DNA of 64,000 nucleotides from a virus. Its lineage: Duplodnaviria; Caudoviricetes. The notes beneath the pieces are model-generated. The model did no database searches, had not been told where the DNA came from, and was given only the letters and a program-made list of their open reading frames with translations. A program made the translations under genes and the position numbers. Location: positions 96,001-160,000 of IMG/VR virus record IMGVR_UViG_3300020576_006967. One strand, 5' to 3'. Positions 56,247-64,000 of this stretch are shown in pieces. How positions within the stretch are numbered: position 1 is the stretch's first letter; every line of letters begins with the position of its first letter.

Positions 56247-56630
56247 ATGAAATACATTAAAATTAAATTGGCTAGAGCTTTAAGAGACAAAGGTTTTGTA
56301 GAACCTTGCTTGTGCTGTTTTGATGGAAGCGATATGCTTTCCACATACGTGAAATCTGTTTTTGAGCCTCTGAATTATAATACTGGAGGAAGCAAAAACA
56401 CATCTGCTCCTACTTACGATGAAGTTCTTGAATGGCTTCGTACAAAACACAAAATTCATGTGGCTCCATTTATAGGTCATGACGAGGATAAAATATGGTA
56501 CAATTTTACATTGGAACCAATTGAATTAGGTTATAATTATGAACCACATACTTGTGATGAGCAACCTTTTAAAGATTATTTTGACATGCTCGAACACGCT
56601 ATTTTTGAGGCTTTAAAACACATCAAATGA
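56247..56630 (+). CDS. conserved Bacteroidota-phage hypothetical protein
   Basis: LARALRDKGF.EPC...SAPTYDEVLEWLR.KH.IHV. Confidence 0.7.
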   Translation: MKYIKIKLARALRDKGFVEPCLCCFDGSDMLSTYVKSVFEPLNYNTGGSKNTSAPTYDEVLEWLRTKHKIHVAPFIGHDEDKIWYNFTLEPIELGYNYEPHTCDEQPFKDYFDMLEHAIFEALKHIK

Positions 56631-56809
56631 AACCACAAGGAATAAGACCAGAAGATAGTAGTTGTTGCCCAGGACACGCCAAATATGGCGTAAGGGGTCT
56701 TACTGCTAAGGGTGTAAAAAGACCACGTAAAAAAAGCAAGGATAAGCCTAGAAAGGCTAAAGAAAGAAAACTAGATCATGTTAAATTTACAGAAGACGAC
56801 GGAAACTAA
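56627..56809 (+). CDS. small basic protein
   Basis: CCPGH, Lys/Arg-rich. Confidence 0.55.
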   Translation: MKPQGIRPEDSSCCPGHAKYGVRGLTAKGVKRPRKKSKDKPRKAKERKLDHVKFTEDDGN

Positions 56810-57100
56810 ATGAATAAGCCAAATTATAAATATACAATTGATGGTAATGTAATCTTTATCGAGGATCTTGGAGGTCCTTTTCAATCGGTGACAAATGGGA
56901 TTGAAACAGTACTTCAAGAGGTGTCTGATGATTTAGAAAAAAACGGAATTAGCGGCACTGGAATAAATAACTTCAAAGTAGTATACAAAGATTCTGATGG
57001 AGCAATAGATGGCGTTGCCATTGACTCCGATGGTATGTTTATGAATTTTTATCATATAGGTGCTAAAAACTTTTACGAAGCTAAACTAAAAATAAAGTAG
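56810..57100 (+). CDS. hypothetical protein
   Basis: IEDL...SVTNGIE.V...YKDSDG..DG. Confidence 0.7.
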   Translation: MNKPNYKYTIDGNVIFIEDLGGPFQSVTNGIETVLQEVSDDLEKNGISGTGINNFKVVYKDSDGAIDGVAIDSDGMFMNFYHIGAKNFYEAKLKIK

Positions 57101-57102
57101 TC

Positions 57103-57549
57103 ATGGAAGAAAAAAAGTGCACCAAGGTAAAATTTTTAACCCAAAAATATGCCGACTTTCATATTGTAAAAAACGAATACAGAAACATTAAAACAGGTAA
57201 AAAGGCCAGAAGTTATAAGTGCAAAATTTGTCAAAATTCATGGCACATTACTTCTAAAATAGAAAACTTTAAACTCGTCGAAGACAATGAGTTTTTATTT
57301 AACAAAGTTGAGGCGTTTAGAAAGACAAATCAATCGTTAAGTGATGCAAATAATAAATTGATAAACAAAGAAAGAAAGGAACTTAGAGAAGAAGTGGTAA
57401 TTTTACATTTAGAGAACCTTGTTTCAAAAAAATCTGAGGATATAATTGGTATGTCTAAAAGAATAAACGATCTAAACACCTTTAATGAAGCTCTGCTTAG
57501 AAGAATAGATTCACTTGAAGAAGAAAAACAAAAAACAACTACATCATGA
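57103..57549 (+). CDS. zinc-finger plus coiled-coil protein
   Basis: C.KVKF...RSYKCKICQNSWHITSK. Confidence 0.7.
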   Translation: MEEKKCTKVKFLTQKYADFHIVKNEYRNIKTGKKARSYKCKICQNSWHITSKIENFKLVEDNEFLFNKVEAFRKTNQSLSDANNKLINKERKELREEVVILHLENLVSKKSEDIIGMSKRINDLNTFNEALLRRIDSLEEEKQKTTTS

Positions 57550-57815
57550 TAAAAATAAAACAATTTATTTCGTTTATATTACTTGCAGCCCTTTTTTATT
57601 CTTGTGGGCCAAGCAGGGAAGAAATGGATGCGCAAGCTTTAGAGGGTTTAAAAAGCCGCAAGAGTTTAAATCACATTAGTACGTTAAGCAACGGGCAGTT
57701 TCAAACATATGTTGTCGATAGTTGTGAATACATTGGCGGTTGGATAGGTAGTTCAAAGGGCGGTCCCATTTTTACTCACAAAGGAAATTGTAAATTTTGC
57801 AAACAAAGAAAATGA
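57546..57815 (+). CDS. small lipoprotein
   Basis: Lipobox FYSC; VVDSCEYI...THKGNCKFC. Confidence 0.7.
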   Translation: MIKIKQFISFILLAALFYSCGPSREEMDAQALEGLKSRKSLNHISTLSNGQFQTYVVDSCEYIGGWIGSSKGGPIFTHKGNCKFCKQRK

Positions 57816-58159
57816 AAAAATTACACGAACACGATTGTGATACATGTATATATTTAGGAAGTGATTCTGAACACGACTTTTACTTCCATCACGATAAAGA
57901 ATATCCAATTCTTTCTACGCTAATTACTAGATATGGAGAGTTTGGAGATTATAGTTCAGGTTTAGATTTTGCGTTTTCTTCAATACCACTTAATTGCGCT
58001 CTTAAATTAGCAGTAGAACAAAGTGTAATTCCGCAAGATGTGTTGAGTTATTTGAAAAAAGGTCAAGATCGTTGGTTTAGTTATTGCAAAGAAGACAAGG
58101 AGTATGCTGATAGCATTGCAGAGAGATGGAAGGACAAAGAAAGGTTTATTCTTAAATAA
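57812..58159 (+). CDS. hypothetical protein
   Basis: HEHDCDTCIYLG...DFY...RYG..GDYSSG. Confidence 0.7.
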   Translation: MKKLHEHDCDTCIYLGSDSEHDFYFHHDKEYPILSTLITRYGEFGDYSSGLDFAFSSIPLNCALKLAVEQSVIPQDVLSYLKKGQDRWFSYCKEDKEYADSIAERWKDKERFILK

Positions 58160-58161
58160 AA

Positions 58162-58371
58162 ATGAATAAGATTTATTGTTCACATTGCGGCAACCCAATA
58201 GGGGAAATGCATAAAAGAGATGAAACTTACTATCATAAGAATAAAATAGGTAAAGTGGTTTGTTTAACTTGTGAATTTAACAAAAGAAACAGTCGAGCTC
58301 AAACTTCTTTTTTTATAATTTTTGTTTTTGCTTTAATCGTAGTTATCTATTTAGCTATAAAAGGTTTATAA
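58162..58371 (+). CDS. zinc-ribbon membrane-anchored protein
   Basis: CSHC..CLTC plus C-terminal TM. Confidence 0.6.
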   Translation: MNKIYCSHCGNPIGEMHKRDETYYHKNKIGKVVCLTCEFNKRNSRAQTSFFIIFVFALIVVIYLAIKGL

Positions 58372-58391
58372 ATGAAAAATAATAAATACAA

Positions 58392-58832
58392 ATGAGGTTG
58401 TTTAAATTTTTATTTGGTTGGTTATACTTTAAAAAAACCAAAAAACAAATTGGAAAAAGAAATGAGCCAAGCAATGTAAAACCAGGAGATTATGTTGTAA
58501 TTGAATGGAACAGAATTAAAGGCGGAATTGGCGGCTTAAAGTGCATAAACAATGACACAGAAACACAAAAAATGTTGCTTGAAGTTAGCTGGAACAACCC
58601 TCAAGATGTTCCAGGAACAGAGCCTAAAGAAAGAATTATTGTAGATTACTTTAGTCATTATTTAAAAAATTTCAACCTTTTAAACCCGCTTAGCAAAGAA
58701 GAAGAGGAAGAAGAAATTGATGAATATGATATTGCGAATCTTCAGAGCAAACTTAACAAAGCTTTAGAAGAACAGGAGTATGAGAAAGCTCAAGATCTCC
58801 AAACCAAAATTGATAAACTTTTAAAAAAATAA
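58392..58832 (+). CDS. UVR-motif protein
   Basis: LNKALEEQEYEKAQDLQTKIDKL. Confidence 0.7.
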   Translation: MRLFKFLFGWLYFKKTKKQIGKRNEPSNVKPGDYVVIEWNRIKGGIGGLKCINNDTETQKMLLEVSWNNPQDVPGTEPKERIIVDYFSHYLKNFNLLNPLSKEEEEEEIDEYDIANLQSKLNKALEEQEYEKAQDLQTKIDKLLKK

Positions 58833-58833
58833 T

Positions 58834-58862
58834 TGAAACCTTTTTAAAACAAATACGTATAA
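58834..58862 (+). promoter_or_regulatory. ECF-sigma-like phage promoter
   Basis: TGAAAC-N16-CGTATAA. Confidence 0.75.
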
Positions 58863-58875
58863 CAAAGAAAAACAA

Positions 58876-60213
58876 ATGACAACTATTGGATCATATAACG
58901 ACAAAGTAATTGGAGCCAATTACAGCTTGCAGATATATCAATCAGCCCAAGAGTTGTCAAAACAATTAAAATCAACCTATAAATCAATTGGGATAGATTT
59001 TAAAGAGTTCAATTCAGGCGAGGTAGAATCTAGTTCGGTTGAAAATCCTCCTTCAGAAATATACGAATATCAAAACTTTTTTTTACTTGAAAAAACTGAT
59101 GGCAAGATTGTTCTTTTAGATGGGTTTCGTAGACTTTTGTGGTATAATGCACCCAATACATCAATATACGTGCGTACATACAAGCAGGAAGATTTAACCA
59201 GCAGTCAAATTTTAACTTTGCTTGTAAACTTAAATCATTTTAAATTCTTTTCTAATGCCTCATATCAAGAACGTGGTTTTGGCTTGTTGTTGAAAACTGT
59301 TTTTGATATAGATATCACAAAGTTCAGAAGTGCATTTGACGCTTACCTTTCCTCGGATTCAATAAAAAATGATTATGGTTCAAGTTACGGAAGATCTATT
59401 GGAACTGAAAAAATAGAAACCATTAAAGAAAGAATATTAAATCCTTTATTCATAGAAGACATGAAGTTTATTTCTAAACTTCAAGAGGAACAATGTATGG
59501 TAAACACATATTTTGGTGCTTTTGTATATAAAAAAAGACTTGAGTTCGATGAAGCTTTTGATACAGATAAGTTTTTAACATTACATAAGTCAGACAAGGT
59601 GCTCGCTGATTTAATGGAAAAGTATAAAAAAGCTGGAACAAACTCTTCTGTAAAAAGCATGGAAGCTGTAAATCGTGTAATGGAAACGTATAGTAATTTT
59701 TTCATACTAATGAAAGGCGGTTCAGTTGAAAAGTCGTATGCCGAAAAAATGCAAGAGTGCAAAGATTTGCGTTCTGAAATCAACAAGGATAAAAACTACA
59801 CAAAACTCACAGGAAGTAAAAATTGTTATTTGATAGAACGTGTGATGGAAAAAAACCCTGGTGATCTTAAATTCAAGTGCTTGGTTTATCCTAAAGAAGA
59901 AAGTTTAAGTAATTTCTCAAGAGGTAGTGGTATGCCTTTAGAATATGGTGTAAACGACCTAGTTCGCTTTATAGGTGTTGTTGCAAAAAGTTTTGGTCAA
60001 AAGGAAATGGTGTTTGGTTTAAATGATACAAAAACTGGAGCTGAATGGAAGGTTAGACACAATTACGGTGGCTATAATTCTTATGGAAAAAAATACACAA
60101 CACTAGACTTTCAATGGAACAAAGAAATATCTGAAAAATACAACGTCGGAAGCATGTCTTGTAAATATGATATTGAATTGTGGGTAAATATTAAACAAGA
60201 AGAATGGAAATAA
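58876..60213 (+). CDS. ParB/Srx-like N-terminal domain protein
   Basis: IVLLDGFRRL...F..LN pattern; 445 aa. Confidence 0.6.
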   Translation: MTTIGSYNDKVIGANYSLQIYQSAQELSKQLKSTYKSIGIDFKEFNSGEVESSSVENPPSEIYEYQNFFLLEKTDGKIVLLDGFRRLLWYNAPNTSIYVRTYKQEDLTSSQILTLLVNLNHFKFFSNASYQERGFGLLLKTVFDIDITKFRSAFDAYLSSDSIKNDYGSSYGRSIGTEKIETIKERILNPLFIEDMKFISKLQEEQCMVNTYFGAFVYKKRLEFDEAFDTDKFLTLHKSDKVLADLMEKYKKAGTNSSVKSMEAVNRVMETYSNFFILMKGGSVEKSYAEKMQECKDLRSEINKDKNYTKLTGSKNCYLIERVMEKNPGDLKFKCLVYPKEESLSNFSRGSGMPLEYGVNDLVRFIGVVAKSFGQKEMVFGLNDTKTGAEWKVRHNYGGYNSYGKKYTTLDFQWNKEISEKYNVGSMSCKYDIELWVNIKQEEWK

Positions 60214-60223
60214 AAAAAACAAC

Positions 60224-60574
60224 ATGAAAAACAACGAAGAAGTATTAGATTTAATTATTAAAAACAGCAAAAGTTTAAAGGCGTTTTATACTTATCCAAC
60301 AGCTGGGTGCGGAGATGTAATTGCTGAAACATCTATTCACAATGGAAAAGAATTTGACCACAATTTAAAAAACCTGATTAACTTAACAGTACAATTGGGC
60401 GCAGCCGCAGCTGGCTGCGGTAATGATAATAAAATTGCGGTTAAGGTTATTGTCGATCAGCTTGATTATCCTGTTTATTTTTGTAAAAAAGATGGTAGAT
60501 ATTGTATTACAAAAGATGTCAATGCAATGGATAAGCAGGAGCCTATTAAAATTAATTGGAGCCTAGAACACTAA
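60224..60574 (+). CDS. hypothetical protein
   Basis: ORF. Confidence 0.65.
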   Translation: MKNNEEVLDLIIKNSKSLKAFYTYPTAGCGDVIAETSIHNGKEFDHNLKNLINLTVQLGAAAAGCGNDNKIAVKVIVDQLDYPVYFCKKDGRYCITKDVNAMDKQEPIKINWSLEH

Positions 60575-60576
60575 AT

Positions 60577-60780
60577 ATGAATGAAGACGAAAAAGATGAC
60601 TGGCACAGCGTGCAATTTCGAATAAAAGATGAAGGAATTCATTATTGTTTTAATGACTACAGCAGGTGGGAGCATATTAAAGACGAAGATTTTCATAAGT
60701 TACGCAAAGCATATTTAAACGCAGCAGAAGAACTTAAAAATTATGTTTTAAAGAAGAATGAAGAAGCTGATAAAGAATAA
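60577..60780 (+). CDS. hypothetical protein
   Basis: EGIHYCF..YS.W..I.D..FH.LR..Y. Confidence 0.65.
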   Translation: MNEDEKDDWHSVQFRIKDEGIHYCFNDYSRWEHIKDEDFHKLRKAYLNAAEELKNYVLKKNEEADKE

Positions 60781-60784
60781 TTTT

Positions 60785-60817
60785 AAAACCCAGGAATTTG
60801 TTTTTCTGGGTTTTTTT
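60785..60817 (+). terminator. Rho-independent terminator
   Basis: AAAACCCAGGAA...TTTCTGGGTTTTTTT. Confidence 0.7.
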
Positions 60818-60831
60818 ATTATATTTAATTA

Positions 60832-61104
60832 ATGCAAGTTCTAAAAATAGAAGAATACATAAGTATACAAGGTCAAATTATTACAAAAGCAAATAATTTA
60901 AGAGACACAATTTTGTCTTGTGAATATCCGTCACAAGAAACTAAAACCAAGCTTATAAGAGATGTGGAGCGTTTAGCGGAAATGGTAGACGAATCAATCC
61001 ATTTTAAAAAGCAAGTTGATTTAAGTCATTTGACCGTTGAGAATGACAAATGTGAACATAGCATAGTTAATTATTATAATTACTTGGTAACATTTAAAAT
61101 TTAA
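60832..61104 (+). CDS. MQVLxIEEY-motif protein
   Basis: MQVLKIEEYIS. Confidence 0.6.
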   Translation: MQVLKIEEYISIQGQIITKANNLRDTILSCEYPSQETKTKLIRDVERLAEMVDESIHFKKQVDLSHLTVENDKCEHSIVNYYNYLVTFKI

Positions 61105-61106
61105 TC

Positions 61107-61439
61107 ATGCAAGTATTAACAATAGAACAATATTTAAAATTGCCAGAAATGGTTGTTGAGTATTCTGGTGTTCTAAACAAAGCTCTACACAATTTAAATA
61201 AAAGAAATAGAAAGACTGTGGTCGATATAGAATTTATTGATAAAAAAATTGGTGAGTTTTGCAGTTTAATGATTTTAATGCTCGATTTTAAAATAAAAAT
61301 ACCAAATCTGGAACGCTTTAAAATAGAAGAGGTGTCAGATTACCACTCGCTGAAGGTTCGTACAAATTACGAGGTTTTTAATTTGTTGGTAAGCGAAGAT
61401 CTTCCGAACCTATATGAAGAATTAAAGTCTATTTGTTGA
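61107..61439 (+). CDS. MQVLxIEQY-motif protein
   Basis: MQVLTIEQYLK. Confidence 0.6.
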   Translation: MQVLTIEQYLKLPEMVVEYSGVLNKALHNLNKRNRKTVVDIEFIDKKIGEFCSLMILMLDFKIKIPNLERFKIEEVSDYHSLKVRTNYEVFNLLVSEDLPNLYEELKSIC

Positions 61440-61710
61440 GAAGAGTTTTATAAAACCCCTCATTCCACTCTATATCATTAATGCAAACAACATCGTTATT
61501 GTCCATAAAAACATAAGACATCACCATGCTTTCAAAATACTTTATGTTTGATGTGGTTTTTTGAGAACTTTCATTAATGTACTCCACAAGATCTCCAACA
61601 AAAAACATGCTGCCGTCTTTAATCCTTTCAACTTTATCAAAGCTATCATCTATAAAAAAGAATTGATCTTTTGCCTTTATCCAATCATCTACTGTTAAAA
61701 CTTCTCCCAT
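61429..61710 (-). CDS. EVLTVDDW-motif protein
   Basis: MGEVLTVDDWIK; RIKDGSMFFVGDLV. Confidence 0.65.
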   Translation of the reverse strand: MGEVLTVDDWIKAKDQFFFIDDSFDKVERIKDGSMFFVGDLVEYINESSQKTTSNIKYFESMVMSYVFMDNNDVVCINDIEWNEGFYKTLLNK

Positions 61711-61991
61711 GGTCTTTTATCGTCGTTTAATTTTGATAAGCTATTAATTGGTATTGTAAAATCTGAATTATCTTCGTTTGAAATAACCCACACATCTATG
61801 TTGTTAAGAGCAAATCCAGTTATTTCACAAAATTCCACTCCAACATTATTAAAGAACATAACGTCTTCTTCTGTTTTAAATATTGCCCCATCGTTTAATC
61901 TTTGAGCTGTTTCAAATATTCCATTTGTCAAAAATTTAAACTGATCTCCGTCAGATTTTTTAACCCAATCATCTACTACCAGTACTTCCAT
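61695..61991 (-). CDS. MEVLVVDDW-motif protein
   Basis: ATG 61991; RLNDGAIFKTEEDV. Confidence 0.65.
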   Translation of the reverse strand: MEVLVVDDWVKKSDGDQFKFLTNGIFETAQRLNDGAIFKTEEDVMFFNNVGVEFCEITGFALNNIDVWVISNEDNSDFTIPINSLSKLNDDKRPWEKF

Positions 61992-62148
61992 TTTGTTTTT
62001 TATTGATAAGTTGTACAATTTTTTCATCTATTGAAAAGTTGATCGCTGGCATGTTTAAAATAGATGGATAAACAATCGTGTAATTGCCCCAAGTTATATA
62101 TCCTTCTTTTTGCTTTTTAAGCCATTCATCTATGAATAAAACGTCCAT
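61969..62148 (-). CDS. MDVLFIDEW-motif protein (59 aa)
   Basis: Translated by hand: MDVLFIDEWLKKQK... Confidence 0.6.
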   Translation of the reverse strand: MDVLFIDEWLKKQKEGYITWGNYTIVYPSILNMPAINFSIDEKIVQLINKKQNGSTGSR

Positions 62149-62149
62149 G

Positions 62150-62425
62150 TTAAGCTTTTTTTATATCGTTTATTTCTGCTATTATCCCGCCAATTTCTCT
62201 TCTTTTATAATTATCAAGTTCGACACTTTTCATATCTGGGTGAAAATACCAAATCTTATAAGTGTCGTTATCAAAAATAACAAGTTCTTTAACCGCAAAC
62301 TCAAGGTTATCTTTTAATCTTGTGACACAAGTCGCCCATCCAACAGTTCCATAACCCTCCGTTACTTTAAACTGAACACCATTTTCTTGAGCACTAATCC
62401 AGTCTTCTACATTTAAAATTTGCAT
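62150..62425 (-). CDS. MQILNVEDW-motif protein
   Basis: RLKDNLEFAVKELV. Confidence 0.65.
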   Translation of the reverse strand: MQILNVEDWISAQENGVQFKVTEGYGTVGWATCVTRLKDNLEFAVKELVIFDNDTYKIWYFHPDMKSVELDNYKRREIGGIIAEINDIKKA

Positions 62426-62676
62426 AATATATCGTTAATGAACGTTTTATTATTTCTAAAAAAAACAGTTTTCTGATCTTGGCCAAAAGATAATATCACA
62501 CCCATAGGTAAAGCGCTAGAAAATTTATTTTCCCCTTTAAATATAACACAATCGCCGATTTTAAAAGTTTCATTGTCAATCACCCTTATAACAGATTGGT
62601 AGAAAATATCTTTAGGAACAAACTGTAATCCTTTGCTTAGTTTAACCCATTCATCTATGTGTAAAACACTAACCAC
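62413..62676 (-). CDS. VLHIDEW-motif protein
   Basis: GTG start; RVIDNETFKIGDCV. Confidence 0.65.
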   Translation of the reverse strand: MVSVLHIDEWVKLSKGLQFVPKDIFYQSVIRVIDNETFKIGDCVIFKGENKFSSALPMGVILSFGQDQKTVFFRNNKTFINDILCKF

Positions 62677-62962
62677 GTAAAGCTAAATTGACATGTTTAA
62701 TTAAAACTGCCAAAGAGCCAGAACCAAACACAAATCCAAACGCATACCAGCCACCATTGTTGTTTGGGGCATAAACCGCAACATCATCCCAGAAAATCAT
62801 AGCAACTAAATCCCACGCCATTATCATTCCATGCCAAAAACCACCACAGAAACCGTATACATGACAACTAACACACTCGCTCGGTAAAGTATTATCAGCG
62901 CAGCCAGTTAAAAGAAGTATCGCTAAAATGCCTAAAAAGGCTAAGTTAAATTGTTTTTTCAT
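62669..62962 (-). CDS. membrane lipoprotein
   Basis: Lipobox LTGC; GF..GFWHG...Y..NNNGGWYAFGF. Confidence 0.75.
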   Translation of the reverse strand: MKKQFNLAFLGILAILLLTGCADNTLPSECVSCHVYGFCGGFWHGMIMAWDLVAMIFWDDVAVYAPNNNGGWYAFGFVFGSGSLAVLIKHVNLALRG

Positions 62963-63119
62963 CTAATGTATGTTTATGGTTATATTTTTTTAATTCTAAT
63001 CTGGTTCCATTTATTTTGTCTTTAATTAAAGACACACGACCAAGTTGAAATCTATCCACTATTTGGTTGTTTTCGTCGTATATTAAAACTATGTCTATTT
63101 TTGTTACATCTATTTTCAT
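62946..63119 (-). CDS. hypothetical protein
   Basis: ATG 63119 (MKIDVTK). Confidence 0.5.
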   Translation of the reverse strand: MKIDVTKIDIVLIYDENNQIVDRFQLGRVSLIKDKINGTRLELKKYNHKHTLDEKTI

Positions 63120-63129
63120 AACATTAATT

Positions 63130-63324
63130 CTAATAGGTTGATATTTTAATTGTTGAGGAGCCTGGTCCAAGAGTATCATCCATAAAACCAGATAAAACAA
63201 CTTCCTGATACCACCAAGCTGGATACCCGCCATTAAATGCTTTTTTAATTGTGTCGCAGTTGGCGTTCCATTCACTTGAATTTTTGCTAGACTTTAATAA
63301 GTCCATTACTTCTTGTTTTTCCAT
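63130..63324 (-). CDS. hypothetical protein
   Basis: SS.NS.EWNANCD.IK.AF.G.YP.WW. Confidence 0.65.
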   Translation of the reverse strand: MEKQEVMDLLKSSKNSSEWNANCDTIKKAFNGGYPAWWYQEVVLSGFMDDTLGPGSSTIKISTY

Positions 63325-63330
63325 TGTTAA

Positions 63331-63615
63331 TTATTTGATGTTTATAAATTTATTTACAAGTGCTTCGTCTGCCATGGTGAATAATCCATTTGCGCTTCCA
63401 TCTTTACTCCAAACAGTACACTGTTCAGATGGAGAAAGACTATCATACCATTTTTTAAAAGCTACCATTTCACTTTTAAACAAGTTTTCTAAGTTTGTAG
63501 AAAGACTCTGGTGATCAACAGAATCCCCGCCAACTTTTTCTCTTGGTATCTGTTTAACTTCTGAATTAATTTTGTCCCACAAAGGACTTCGTTTAATTTT
63601 GCTAGTCGTTTCCAT
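63331..63615 (-). CDS. hypothetical protein
   Basis: Packed ORF. Confidence 0.6.
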   Translation of the reverse strand: METTSKIKRSPLWDKINSEVKQIPREKVGGDSVDHQSLSTNLENLFKSEMVAFKKWYDSLSPSEQCTVWSKDGSANGLFTMADEALVNKFINIK

Positions 63616-63832
63616 TTGTATGTGTTTTTGTTGTTAATTCATTTTTGTAATTTTCCATTCTAATTTCTAGTTTCTCAATTTCTTCAGGAATTTTTTCAAG
63701 CATTATCAAAATATGTTCCACTCTGTTTTCTTCTTTTTTAAAACATTCGCCATCGCATTTCGAACCAGTTGGCGTTTTGGTGCAATAACCACAATAGTTT
63801 TTTGTTGATTCTTCTTTTGTCCAATCTATCAT
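63602..63832 (-). CDS. small Cys-rich protein
   Basis: CGYC...CDGECF. Confidence 0.6.
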   Translation of the reverse strand: MIDWTKEESTKNYCGYCTKTPTGSKCDGECFKKEENRVEHILIMLEKIPEEIEKLEIRMENYKNELTTKTHTNGND

Positions 63833-64000
63833 AAGTTTTCTATATTTAATTTTATAATATTGCTAATACTAGTATTTACGTCATATTCAATTTCCCAGGC
63901 GTTATTATAGCTGTCAACCTCAACAACAACATCACAAGAATATATTCCAAAAACAGATGGAATATCACCAGGGTTTTGAATTATATTATCTCTAAGATCG

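Noticed and set aside
1957-59786. Many antisense or out-of-frame ORFs in the track (e.g. 1957-2268, 31065-31412, 41515-41898, 48982-49416, 59481-59786)
   Set aside because: They are shadows of well-supported genes, with Phe/Ser/Leu-rich composition and no motifs.
1-64000. Stop-codon reassignment (code 15 or 4)
   Set aside because: Long conserved genes are intact under code 11, and TAG and TGA occur at ordinary, tightly packed gene ends.

Overview
AT-rich (roughly 30% GC by eye), gene-dense segment of a large tailed dsDNA phage. It is probably a jumbo myovirus of a Bacteroidota host: TTG-N19-20-TAnnTTTG promoters, no Shine-Dalgarno motifs, a T4 gp19-like tail-tube homologue, standard code 11. 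Most of the window is co-oriented small hypothetical genes mixed with nucleotide, RNA-repair and metabolic genes: PPK2, a phosphoesterase-NDT fusion, an intein-containing UvrD helicase, a PLP aminotransferase, ATP-grasp, amidoligase, SemiSWEET, dCMP deaminase, Thg1, an RNA-ligase-like protein, a DEDD exonuclease, patatin and saccharopine dehydrogenase. The strongest candidate for a new system is a promoter- and terminator-bounded array of six structured ncRNA units (34168-34780). The units share a covarying scaffold (GGCCAY...TACTTCT...AATTACC) and carry variable arms, several resembling tRNA anticodon loops. The array lies 1.8 kb downstream of a large TerD-domain gene that is split in two by a free-standing endonuclease gene. 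Other highlights: a 707-bp attC-like cassette with an ADP-ribosyltransferase-like gene inserted at an AAC into a small gene; 11 copies of an ECF-sigma-like TGAAAC-N16-CGTATAA promoter; 12 small proteins sharing an N-terminal MEVLxVDDW-like motif; and an atypical tRNA-like RNA. All calls come from reading motifs by eye; no database searches were run.
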